Shown: positions 37,726-49,935 of the stretch, piece by piece
Position numbering within the stretch: position 1 is the stretch's first letter
Layout: every line of letters begins with the position of its first letter
Assembly (NCBI GenBank): GCA_035084275.1
Contig: CM068761.1
Location: 434,001 to 498,000, forward strand
DNA: 64,000 nt
DNA from: Hydrolagus colliei
Taxonomy: Eukaryota
Reading direction: 5' to 3'
The notes under the pieces: generated by a model
Databases searched by the model: none
What the model was told of the DNA's origin: nothing
The model's input: only the letters and a program-made list of their open reading frames with translations
Program-made: the position numbers and the translations under genes

Positions 37726-38014
37726 GAGCAATGGAGAATAATTGCTGATTGCTGTTGATATTATAATAATCCCTAATTTTGACGTAACATCTTATCTGGT
37801 CCGTCAAATAAAATGGCTGCCTGGCTGCTTCTGGCCCTCATGTCACTTCCTGTTTACTTCTCATACATACTCCATCCAGCATGCAGCCTTTCAGCGACAT
37901 AAGTCTACTATGTTCACAGTACAGGGAGGATCCACAATCGGAAGAAAAACAAAATGATCGCTCTGTATTTGAATTCTAAGTCCACGTTACAAAATGAGCT
38001 ATTCTTAAAGAAAC

Positions 38015-38192
38015 TCCTTGCCTCATTCCCTTTGGCTCACCCATCTTTATCATTAAATCCCACCTGAAGCCCTATCTTTTTGATTGTGCCTATGGTCACC
38101 TCAACCCTTCTTTGCTCAATGTTCAACCCCAACACTTTCCTGTGCTCTAAGACACTATCCTGAATGAAGGGTGCTACATAAACACTAAGTTG
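38015..38192 (+). mobile_element. L2 3' end fragment
   Basis: TTAAATCCCACCTGAAGCCCTATCTTTTTGATTGTGCCTATGGTCAC (KSHLKPYLFD), similar to 8160-8202. Confidence 0.7.
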
Positions 38193-40389
38193 TCTCTCCA
38201 ATATAAATACAGTATTGTGGCTTGAACAGATAGCCTACCCAAGATGTTGATCTTTGAAGGCTTCAGTTAACCATATGACATCAATCAGATATTCTACATT
38301 TCAGAGCCAGAAAACTATTAAAGTTGCCTTAAGGAATTAACCTGGGACGAATTAATGCAAACCTGAGGAATCCAGCACATGTGTTCTCAAAATTAGTTAA
38401 ATCTGGACGTGGAGGTTCATAATCTATTCAGTCTCCATGCCAACGATAAACAAAAACACCCAAGTTTAACATTAAAAAGTCAATTTGATTTTTAAAAATC
38501 TAGTTTTTTGATCATCATGATAACCTGTTCCAATGTGAAGCACAGCCAGCCTGGCTCATAGGCAAGTCCCGGAGGGACACACCAGTTAATAGGGGCATGA
38601 ATTATTCCCATTGAGCCTCCGCTAATCCTGAAAGCTAAAGCCCAAACGGATAGATTGGTCCAAACTGGACAAGCAGTCAGTAGCATTCCATTACTAAACC
38701 TGTCTACATGGCTGTAATTTATACACGGTCGTGGGTTCGGGAAATACACTCACTGATTCTTATTATTAGACTGATTTGACGCAAAGGCCTCCTTGCCGGC
38801 TCAGCCTCACAGCATCCGAACCCCTTTGCTCCCCATTCCTGCTGGGTTTTCGGCTGCAGTTTATCCAGAGGTGAGAGAGAAAAAAAAAGTTTGCTTCAGT
38901 TAATGGAGAAAACATCAGTCAACTTGTAAATTTTGCTGCTTGATAGTGAATAACATTCCCGACAAGATATAATCGGATCAGCAATTGGAATGGTAAATGC
39001 TTTTTCTCCCATGGGGAAAAGGTCCCCATCAAAACTAACAGCCTAACTGCAAGGCCATCTGAAAGCCCCTTTGCCGTTATTTATCCTAACACTGAGATGC
39101 AAGGAAACGTTACTAAAATTGATGGTCTCTTCCTAAACAGCTTCTTCATGTTTCAAAATCTGCCTTTGCTCAAAAATCCATTTATTATTGATTTTCCTGC
39201 AGTTCACCCTGGTTAAATCACTGCCTTGGTCTCTTAGATTTCAAGTACAGAGCTGGAGCTAATCAAATACATCACCCGCGGCTGTTCTCAGCCAACACTG
39301 GTATCACACGTGCCGAAGCATCAGACATCAGAGTCAACTCGAACACAGCAGATGCAAAGCAAAACATCAGAGGCTCACACCAGATTATAAATGAACTATT
39401 AAAACAAATTACTGCTTGCAATAATGTTTTTCTAAGGTACTTAAGGAACGATTACAAATCGGGACTGCAAACTTTAAAAAGCCATAAAATGTTCCAGACA
39501 ATAATAAGCTTCCTCCACCCCAAAAAGGCTTCAACACTCGCCATGTTAGCGTAAATAGAGGGAAACAGACTGACCTGCTGACCTCACGCCTAATGCCCCT
39601 TTGCCTCTCCCCGAGAATTAAGCATCTCTTCAGGATTTATCAAGCTCTCCTTCTAAAATAAAAGATGCTGTATCAATGTAAACTGCATAGTATTTTAATG
39701 ATCCTAATAATACTTAAATTTAATATTTTGGCTATCATCACGTTGAAAGGTCTCAAAGCACTTTACAAGGAGATTTTATGCTATAAAGTTTAAGGAATGA
39801 GTATTTGTAGGTGAATCTGGCAGTCAGGTAAGTACACTCGGCTCTTCCTGAAGTCTGAGAGTCTACGCTTCCTGTTGTGGACTCTCTATTCCCAGCTCCC
39901 AGGTCCCTGATACCCTCTGGTGTGTGAGATGCTCTGGTGTGTGAGATGCTGATCAAAATCTAGTTTAAAAAAATGAGATTAACTTTACTCAAGACAGTTG
40001 GCAGCCTTGAGTAGAGCAAATTATTCTTTGCATAAAATTTAAGTGTTTTGGCATAAGACCCAGGGGATTTAGCTTAGTAAATTCCATCTGCTATGAGTGT
40101 ACAATGAGCAAACTATCCACCACCTTGGCTATAACCCAGCTGCTTGTATGCTTGTGCTCCAGATGTGAGTGACTGAGCTGCCTGTGAGATTCAGTGCCCA
40201 GTCTCACTGGATGGCTACTCCGGAGCTGGATGAAGTTACTGTTGAGACCTTGTTAATCACTGTGGTTTTACATTGTTCATAATCTTATAATCTCACAGAA
40301 ATCAGCGAGGCAATATTCAAACAGTAACAATACAAAAGCAGTTCAAGACCCTGCAGATCCAGAGCTTGTTATACATGGTATCAAAGGAA

Positions 40390-40730
40390 TTGAAACTCGC
40401 CTTAGAGTCAAAACATCATTGCTTCAAACCCCATGTTCAAACCTCATCTAAACATTGTCGAGGCTGACACTCCAGGACATTGTTGGGTGATGCATTGTCT
40501 TGTTAAAGGTGCTACCCTTTGGATGGCATGATCAATCAAATTCTTGTCTGCGCCTGTTCGGGTGGACAATCAGCACTATTGGGAAAGAGAAGGGAGGTTC
40601 TCCCCTGATCTTGCCAACAATCTCTCCATTTTCTGCCACATTCACCTATAAAATACACTTTACAGAAAAAAACCTGCAAAGCACTTTGAAATGATAAAGT
40701 ATTGTAACAAATGCTAAGGTTATTATGATG
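40390..40730 (+). mobile_element. Deu-domain SINE, diverged
   Basis: CTCGCCTTAGAGTCA..GGCTGACACTCCAG..GGTGGAC..GAGAAGGGAGGTTCTCCCC, then a tail. Confidence 0.7.
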
Positions 40731-41479
40731 CTCATTACAAAAATTTGTCTGCCACATACTCATACAAATACACATTACAATATGAAAATCACATATCCTA
40801 ATATTTGTAAACAAATATGACCTCCGAGATCACTCTCAACGTCAGTGATGCATGTTAAACAACACATTAATGTTTATTACTGAAGGACTTTGAAGAGAGG
40901 GTACGACCCAATCTATTATTTATGACTTTACTACAATAAACTTGTAAAATTTACATGGTGTCCCCTGCCTCTAAAATATGTTGCAATCTCCTCATTATTC
41001 CCTCTCTGGTGAGCGAGCCATGCTTACCAAAGCCAGTTGTGCACAAAAATAAGATGAAGTCCTTCTGCTTTGCACTTGAAGTCTTCACACGTGTAAATAT
41101 CAAGAGAATGGGTGAATTGCATTTATGATCAAATGGACCTGACTTGTATCACTGCCTTTAAAATGCTTGTAAATCACTGCAAACATCTGGTCAGAAAAGC
41201 CCAGCTGTCAATTGGCATTGCTTGCTATTCAGACTTTGCGATTGAGGTGGCAAGTGAACACTAGGTAGGCAGAAGTAAAGTGACAGGACGTGATACAAAT
41301 CGTTAGCTCTGTTAAGCGACTGAAAGCTGAAAAACAAATTATTTGATAGCTCCGTATCCAAGGATACTTTGCACACCATAAGGTGGAGGGATTCCAGGAT
41401 AACAAGTGAATCTAATTCTAACCTTAGTCACCAGTTAAGAGCTAGTAATTCTAGCCAGTATTCAAGTATTGCAGCTTTG

Positions 41480-41990
41480 TTTCATTTCATTCCAAGGTAA
41501 TGGACTGCACTGCATTATGAGGAGCGACAAGTAAGTTTAGCATGTTCATGCTGGAAAATGGGAGATTGATAGCTGACGTGAATGCTGCTTTTAAGATTCC
41601 AAAGGGCAAGACAATATATATAAGCTGTTTAAACTTGTCCAGAACGGTAAAATCAGAGGACATCGCCTGCTATTGAAGGGGGGTAAATTCAGAATGAATC
41701 TATGTAAACAGTATTTCAGTGAACGGATCGGGAACCTGTGGAACAGGCTCCCTCGGGAGAAGCAGGAAGTATTGGTTCTTTCAAACACATATAAGGCATC
41801 TGGCAGACGTGAAAAGCTCTATATCAAATGCAAGGATTATTATTATTATTATTAGATAGTTTTAGTTTAGGAAATAACATTATGAGCTAGTATGTAGTTT
41901 GGGACATATGTGCATGTAACCGCCAGGAAGTGGAAGGCGAACTGGATGGACCCGAGTCTTTTTTCATCTAGCGTTTCTTATGTTCTTATA
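41480..41990 (+). mobile_element. CR1 LINE 3' fragment with a nested SINE tail (about 41795-41853)
   Basis: RGHRLLLKGGKFRMNLCKQYFSERIGNLWNRLP (CR1 ORF2 end); 3' UTR ends TTCTTATGTTCTTAT. Confidence 0.9.
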
Positions 41991-42249
41991 TAATAGCTGC
42001 TGCTAATATCTGTAATTACATTTCTTCTGCTATGTAGCAGCCTGATACTTTGCCCTTTGCTGTATTCAAGAAAGAGTGTTAGCTCCACCAATCTCTTATG
42101 TTAACAAGCGACACAGAATTAGCAATGTGATGCCTTTCAGCTAGCATGGAGTCTACACTGTCAGGGTTAATTGTTTTAGCCTGAGGTAGTACAACTGTCT
42201 GCTGCACGCATGTTATATCTGTAAGAGTAAAACCTAACAGATACCACCA

Positions 42250-42690
42250 AGAAAACAGGACAAGAGGGTCCAGGTTTAGGGCTGTGCAAAGGATACCTTA
42301 GACAGACACCAGGAAGGATTTCCAATATAGAGGAAAAATTGACCACTGAAGGGGCTAGTTACCTTCAGAAAGATAATAATAATTATTATTATAATAATTT
42401 TTATATTGCTAATTATAATAATATAATAAGATGGTCGTGGCCCAGGCGCTGGGATGTGAATATAAAAGGGTTGCAAGGGCAATTTCAGACAGACACCAGG
42501 AAGTATTTCTTTATTCAGAGGGTAATTAACGACTGAAATCCGGTGGCCCAGAATTGTGATTTAGGCTAGGGTGCTGGTCTCATTAAGGAAATAGTTCAAT
42601 GCTATAACAGGAGAACAGAGCGGTGGGTGTTCTGGAAGGTGGAGATCAGATGGGGCAAAGGGCCTTTTTCATCCAATCTTGTGATCTTGG
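42250..42690 (+). mobile_element. Two overlapping CR1 3' fragments separated by an AT-rich tract
   Basis: AGACAGACACCAGGAAG occurs twice; GQFQTDTRKYFFIQRVIND; end GATCAGATGGGGCAAAGGGCCTTTTTCATCCAATCTTGTGATCTTG. Confidence 0.8.
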
Positions 42691-44860
42691 TTCACACATG
42701 AAGCAGAGGTAATGATACCAACTGGTATACAATCACTTTAGCATTATATCTTTATTTCTCCCACCCATCGTCTAAACACACGGCTGACTGAGAAGCAGAG
42801 AGGCAAATGACTACATTGAACAATTTGTAAAGTGGATAACATGGTTCTGTACCATTGTAGGCTGATCTTGTATTTATACAGATGATAACAACAGTCAGCA
42901 AACACTATTACTCAAACATTCACTCTTACAAGCTCCTCGGGATGTAATTGGATGCCTTTCATCACAGAGCTTAACAGGAAAGTAGCAAAATCAAAACTTG
43001 CTCATTTATTGGAGACTGTGAAAACCCCTCTAAACAGCCCAGATACAGAGAAATTTACTGTAAAAGATTAAATGTCAAAACGATTTTCTCTTTCATCCCA
43101 CACAGCCTCCCTGCGTGACAGATGATTGTTCTCGATGATTTCCAGCCTACCATAAAATCTCCTGCCACTTTGCTTATTATCAAGTCACTTTCAAGTGCCA
43201 TAAGTCATGAAATCGGATTACAGTGAAGATCTCTTTCCAATTGTAGTCTGAAAAATGATGGCCTCTTTAACTGCCTCACAAAGCGGGGAGCAGCCTTCAC
43301 TTATATTTCTTCTCCTGGCTGTTTTTCCTTTAATTGTAGATTTTAAATCAATCCATAAATTTCCCCTCCCCATCTGAGTGGCCCACAAGTTTCCAGTCAA
43401 ATCAGTTGATTTTTAAGTGTTAATTTAAATAACCTACCTGCACTGCCAGATGTTTGCGTATAACTATATGGCTGTGTGTATACATGAAGTCAGTGTGGCT
43501 GAAGCTAATCACATTAAGCGCTGACTGAGTCTTTATGTAACATATGTAAAAGAGTCTGTGCTACTACATCCCTCCTACAATAACAATTTGCATTTGGCCA
43601 ATTTAGGAGGAGGTTTCAAAGCATTTGACAGTGATGGGGTGGAAGCCTGAGGCTAGGAGATAGAGGGTTAAATGATAGGCCAAAAAATATAGTAACTGTG
43701 TACACCCCTTTTGTGTTCCTGTTTTAGTTCTGGTTGTGTGTGCATTGATTGAAAGTGTTTGCCAGCAATAACTGCTGTTCAGTCACTATCCAGCTGAGGC
43801 CTTGTGTAACCGAGAGAGTGCCAGTGAGGACTGTGCTGTCTGAATCTATCGTTCATTAAAGTATAAATCTTACTCAAACTATTAGCTAGGTTCAATCCTA
43901 CATCTTGGTAACAAAAGACACCTTCTACATCATACATCGAAATTATGATATTCTACTGATAAACATATCAGCCAATGAACACCCCATCATACCCCTAAAA
44001 TCTCTATATCAAATCCTGCTAGGGAGATCAGCAAACACTGCCACCTTCCTTGTTGTTTATTGACAAATGGATTATCCGGAAATATGCTGAATATCACACT
44101 TTTGCAGTATTCAATTCAACAAATTCAACACAAACCCTTTCTTCCAAGCATGCCCTGATGTTCTCCAAATGCCAGGCTGTTGTGGGTATTGTGCAGATCA
44201 GCAAACATCAATCAGAATTGCACTCAAGCAGCAGTCTGCTAACAGGGAAGGTTTGATTATTAGCTAACCTTTATGCATTTAATTGTGCATGATAATAAGT
44301 AGTTTTTTTTAGGTTGCTGGCTTTAATCTCTATCATTGTTACAATAATGCAGTAACTGTCTTTTTATAGTTAAGTGGTAATTGGTAATTTCTAATTAACA
44401 AAGAAGAAATCTTAAAAAATTGACTGAACCAGTGTAATTCTAATTTCATTTAAAAGTGACTCATTTGAAGTTCAGGATAAGCACACTATCTTTTCATCTC
44501 TGCTGCCAATCCAAATCTGTCCAGATTAATGGATCATCCTCAAAACACTAAACACAAAATGGATCATCCTCCTCGTTCTAAGTCCAGAATTCCACCTAGT
44601 CTTAGCCCGTGATACTGTTTAGTCTTAAAATTTAAGGGGGCAGAGAATTGTAGAAGATTATTAAATTCTGTACCGATTTGGAAATTGGTTTCTTTCAAAG
44701 AATGCTGAAACAAACAGCTTCTACAGGTTATTAATTTTTTTTCACAATTCTCTAAATCCTGACTATACATTTAAAAGCTGGTGGTCTGATAGGTTAAGAT
44801 GAGGGGAACTTTGTGGCTTTAGAAATTGTGCTCTGTAGTAAAGGCTGGCACAATTGGATG

Positions 44861-44976
44861 GGCCAAATCCAATGGTCCCCTGAGCGAGCAGCTTTCCAGT
44901 GCGGACTATAGTGAAGGTTAGTGGAGAAGAGCTGTTACATCCAGTCAGCCCGCTCTAGCTTCAGTTGGATTTGGCC
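44861..44976. mobile_element. 116-bp MITE-like element
   Basis: Perfect 12-bp TIR GGCCAAATCCAA / TTGGATTTGGCC plus subterminal GAGCGAGC / GCCCGCTC; no clear TSD. Confidence 0.55.
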
Positions 44977-45379
44977 AGGGAACAGTGATACAACATCTTG
45001 TCAGCAACTGGGACCACAGAGCGAGCACTCGGACATTGCACAGGTTTCATGTTCAGGGTCAAAGTATCTGATGCAGGAAAATGAAGTGATTTATCTTTCA
45101 GTTTCAATTGTCCTCAAAGTGCACATGGAAATAAAGTCAATTTACATCTCCATGGCAACAGCACAGAAAGGCTGTTGAGTACAAGATTTTGTAAATGGAA
45201 AGATAGGTGGGTTTACCCAGCTGCTGACTGTCAGTGACTAGACCACCATGCTTCCTCTCACAATGACTAACAATCTCAACCACAGTGATAGCAAAGGCGC
45301 GTGAGAAAAAGTGAGGGAGAAGGTGAGGTTCCCTGAATAAACCGATCCACTGTTTTTACCAACAGCAATATAGCCAAAT

Positions 45380-45752
45380 TCAGCAGCTTTCATGTTGGGA
45401 GAAAATCTCTAAGTACTTTACACTGGCTGAGTGGGGGAGATCTCGGAGGAAGTTAGAAGGAGTAGGAGAGGGAGGTGGCTGAAGCGGGGTGCGAAGTTTG
45501 GTTCGGGTGAGAATGTGGATGACGGAGTTCTGTATGAGCTGGATGAAGGATAATTGGGGGTCGAACTTGATACCTAGGTGCATAAAAGTTCAGAGAGTTA
45601 TAGGGGCAGTTCAGGTAGGTGGAGGAGGTGAAAGCCAGGGGACTGAAGACGTCGACGAGAGCCAAAGAGTATAGCTTGCGTTTTGTCAACGTTTAATTGC
45701 AAGACGTTTGCGCTCATCCGGCTCTTGATATCTGACAGAGAGGCTGACAGAA
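45380..45752 (-). mobile_element. L2 RT/thumb fragment, internally deleted, with tail
   Basis: Minus strand LSDIKSRMSANVLQLNVDKTQAILFGS..HLGIKFDPQLSFIQLIQNSVIHILTRTK, like L2 DIxxWMxxNFLQLNxDKT / LGVxFDxxLSF / LQLIQNxAARxLT. Confidence 0.88.
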
Positions 45753-45859
45753 CAACAGTATCATGGCTGGTCTGCCCAATTGTATCTCAGTGCTGCCTAC
45801 CCATCAGTCAGGTAGGAAATTAATTGAATAAATAGTGTTGCAAGCATTAACCAGAGATG

Positions 45860-45934
45860 TGACTTCAGCACAGTGGACTTCCACCAAATGATTTCAGCAC
45901 AGTGGACTTCCACCAGATGTGACTTCCACCAAAT
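45860..45934. repeat. 29-bp tandem duplication, about 2.5 copies
   Basis: TGA[C/T]TTCAGCACAGTGGACTTCCACCA at 45860 and 45889, plus a partial third copy. Confidence 0.9.
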
Positions 45935-46868
45935 CTAGAGAAAAGTGGCAGAGCAAGATGGCGATTTATTAAGGACTGAGTGTGCAATGCACATCCTCAG
46001 CAAGTTCTGAATGGGAACTCATTCCCCACCAGTACAGTTTGTGAGGTGCTGCCCGCTCTTATTATAAACCTTTCAGGATAATGAGCTGCCGGTCGTTTTT
46101 CTGCTGCTGTGGCTGATTTGGATCCTTCCAATTGCTGGAGCTGCTGGCTGCTTCCTTAAGGCTCAGACTCAATCCCTTCATGATTTCCACTCATAAATTG
46201 TGCAGAATTAATTTGTCATCCAGCTCTGGCTGGCAACACAGCAGTACTCCTCGTCTGCATCGCTCAGAGCTGTCAGCTCCCTCTCATCCTGTCTTGTCAG
46301 CCCTTTCTTCCATCTGCGGCCTTCCCCGACAGGTGTTAGATTACAAGCAGAAATGTCAAGAGCTTTGTTCTCTTTCTCCTTTCAATTGTCTGCCAGGATA
46401 GCAGCATGTCACTCATAATCACAGTACACAGAGCAGGCAAGATCCGTGTCTTTGACATGTAAGTAATAGTAGATTGAGATGTGGGTGGAAAGGAGGGCTG
46501 CTGTTTGAGAAACTGTTTATTAACTGCCGGACAACCCAATCCCCAGAGACAGTCATTAGCTTCATGATCTATGCCATGGAATTGTTGTCGGTGTCTTCTC
46601 TGGAGGTTAGTGTTGAAACCATCGATAATAATAATAATCACTGCAATGTATTCAACATCTACAACATTAAAATGTCTCAAAGCCCTTCGCAGGGAATTCA
46701 GTTGAGTGTGGTGATTGAGTATATGTAAGTACTGTAGTTGCAACAAACAATTTGCATACAGCGACGTCTCACACACAGCTATGAAGTAAAAGACCAATTT
46801 ATCTATATTACTGTTGACTGGGAGCAACTTTCTTCTGATTTCAATTAGCATTGTGGAATCTTTAACAT

Positions 46869-47040
46869 CCAACAATAACAACCAATTGCATTTAATAGCG
46901 TCTTTCATGTTGGGAGGACGTCCCAAGGCATTGTATTTGGGAGGGGTGGGACGAAGGAGAGGAGAGGGAAGGAGGATAACTGAAAGAGTAGTTAAAAAGG
47001 ATCTTGAGATGGACCTTAAAGGAATTGAGGGAAGGGGCAA
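46869..47040 (-). mobile_element. L2 3' end (antisense)
   Basis: TTGCATTTAATAGCGTCTTTCATGTTGGGAGGACGTCCCAAGGC, then the purine-rich UTR complement. Confidence 0.8.
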
Positions 47041-47054
47041 ACAGGCACACACAG

Positions 47055-47170
47055 GACCTTGGTTTTATCTGTCAAAGACTCTGACATTCCACGGTGCCCT
47101 CTAACACAGCACTGGAGTGTCATCTCAGACTGTGAGCACAAAGTCCCTAATGTGGGGCTTGAACCCATAT
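47055..47170 (-). mobile_element. Deu-SINE 5' part (antisense)
   Basis: GCACTGGAGTGTCA..GACTGTGAGCACAAAGTCCCTAATGTGGGGCTTGAACCCA. Confidence 0.7.
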
Positions 47171-49844
47171 ATACATTGTATACCATCCATGCAGTGCCAG
47201 AGCCTGCAGGCACATTGCAATGCCGAGTGCCATTTGCTTTAGACACAGTGAAAAGGACTACAAGCATTTTTTGTGCTGGGATGATCATGTTAAGGCAAAG
47301 GCTTCATCAGGGTTTTTCCAAGATGTTTTTAGTTAGCCTCAATACTGGTCCACGTTCCGGCTTTTTAACTTTTGGGGTTTGATCTCAAACCTCACCTGTG
47401 TTGGCATTTACATTTTGGTTTTAACTCTGATATCAATCAACACTGCTGAACACACTCCTGAGTTGCACTAATTCTATGTAAATAGCATTGTCTCAACCAC
47501 TATTAATGGGCATTAACTTTGCACTAAAGAGAAGAGAAAGGACACCATACATGAAGGTCATTGAAATGTGTGGGGACTCGCTAAGTGGAGTGGAACGAGT
47601 TGTTTTAAACCAATGTAGCTTATCCATTGATCAGTGAAGCCATAAATGAAACCATCACTTTTTCTCCATGATACAAAACAATTGAGAGTCACTGAGAGTG
47701 TGAAGGGCACTATATAAATGTTGTTGTTGTTGTTGTTGTTATGATCATGAGTGAAGAGTACGTTACAGTGTCAGGTTGTGAAATCTGGAAGTTTTGGCAT
47801 TAGGAAAGGAATTCCAAATTCAATGTCCCTACCCACAAAGGCTGGGATCAGACAGGAAACCACCTGACCAAACAATAAGATGTGTGTCACACTGACCCAC
47901 TGCACTCCACTGGAAGGTATTGGATGATTGTGGAGACATCACAGCAAATCTTGATTTGGCTGTCCTCAACTGGCCTGTACTCTCAGTTGGGTTGGGGGAG
48001 GTCACTGTACAAATATCAACAGCAGGAAGGCAGCTTGTTATATTCTCCGCCCAAACCCCACAAAAAAGAAAGAGCGATCTTGTAGTTGTACACCTTTCTC
48101 CCAAAACATCTCAAACCGTTCCACAGACAACAACCGCCAAATATAAAAACTATTTTCATAACTGAGTCAGACTTTGTACAGAGTGAATTGTTCTCAATAC
48201 ACTGATACAAGGTCTCCTTCATAATAATCCTTGGATTTGGTAAACAGCACAAATTGTTTCACAGGAACCGGTATCAAGTGTAGAGGAAGACAGACCAGAC
48301 TAATTGGTTCACAACAAGAACATTGAATTCAACAGATTGGCTGTTTTGTTCCCTCAGTACAGTATTGACTCTGCCTTTGATTTGATGAGAGAGAAAGACC
48401 AGTGATGCACATGACTGAACCAATGTTCCCCACTACAGCTGCTATATTCAAATCAGCCACTAGGCAGGGCCAATGCTCAACTTTTCCGGGAAAACTGCCC
48501 CCCACCCCACCTCCCACACACTTACTCAGTAATCTCTGAGTTTGGTCAATGTACATCTTTGGAGTCAAAGAGGCAGCAGTCACCGGTTCTTAGAGGCAAC
48601 TGGTGGATGGGTGGAAGGCTGGGCTTTGATTGAAGGGAAAACAACTTAACTAAACATTGAGTGCCTTTTATGTGTGGTCTGAGCATAATTCTAATGAATG
48701 TAGGTTTGGCCTTCTGCTGGATTTGATGTGAGATGTAAAATCATTGCTGTTCGACTGGATTAAGATGGATCGAGAGGAGGGTGTTTACTGTGGCTTTAGA
48801 GGCATCACAGACAGACTGCTTGTGCACTGGTAAGCAGCAAATAGAACCCCATTCAGAACTCAATTACTATTCCAGATAGCTTCGTCGCTGTACAGGTCAG
48901 AGAGCAGACCTCTCATATGCTAAAGTGTTTGGATACAGCAATCCCATGGGCACACTCCCCGGGATCCTGGCATAATTTAGACGGCTAAGGTCATGTGGTC
49001 GATAGCCTCTGGGAGTTTGTAGTGGCTTAGAATGCTACAGCGTTTAGCAGGGACTGCCTTCACTTTGATCAACAGCCACAAAGCTAAAATAAATAATCTC
49101 GCAATACTCCATACTGGCCTGAACAACTGTTTGTCCTGCGTTTCCGCAAAGGCTGAGAACAAGCTGTGGACTGAATGAGACTGTCCTGGCGATTTGTCAG
49201 TCTGAGAGGCATTAAATAATTCATTGTAAAAGTGCTACATTATTAATTGTTCCAGTTAATTATTTTTTTGAAACAGTTTTCTTCTTTCTGCCGGTCTGTG
49301 TGTCTCTATCTGTCTGCCTTTATTTGCTTATCTCTCTCTATCCATCTTTCTCTCTGGCTTTCACAGCTACACTCCGACACTCTAACCTACCACACAAGGA
49401 TTCACTATTTTCCGCCCCTGATGTCACATAAGTGATGACTGACCAGGGATGAAGTAAGAGGTTAATAATTGAATAAGGTTTGAAAGCAATCAAATTGTGA
49501 CCTTTTCCTGAAGTGTTTTTGCAACAGTAATCTGAGTTATTGTGTTAGTTTTGAAATTGCTATCTCTGTGATTGGAAATATGGAACAAGACTGGATGAGA
49601 GAGGAGTGGGAAATAAAATGGGAGTAAATTCAGTTTGAAAATTGGAAACTGGTCTTCTTGAAAAGGTTAAGATGGAATTTAAGGATCTTCCACCATTTTG
49701 CACTATCTCACAATGGTCTTTAGGTGAGACCAGGTAAAATTTCAGGCCACAATATCCATATACTGTCCAGTCGGAGTCTCCAGAGTTAGCAAAAACCTTC
49801 TTCATTAACTGTTCCTCTCAATTACACCCTGGAGTGTTGTAAGG

Positions 49845-49935
49845 GTTAGTAGAGATACAGATCAGCCATTTTCTAATTAGATGGCAGAACAGGCTTGATG
49901 GGCTGAATGGCATACTCCGGTTCCTATGTTTCTAT
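49845..49935 (+). mobile_element. CR1 3' UTR end
   Basis: GATCAGCCAT..GATGGCAGAACAGGCTTGATGGGCTGAATGGC.TACTCC.GTTCCTATGTTTCTAT. Confidence 0.8.

Noticed and set aside
39915-39950. 17-bp tandem duplication CTCTGGTGTGTGAGATG
   Set aside because: Real but an ordinary slippage duplication.
42182-42203. let-7-like TGAGGTAGTA
   Set aside because: Only the first 10 nt match; the rest diverges and there is no complementary star arm.
46336-47052. 238-aa minus-strand ORF
   Set aside because: Begins in an L2 3' UTR and crosses SINE-tail remnants (IIIII from ATT repeats); no protein similarity.
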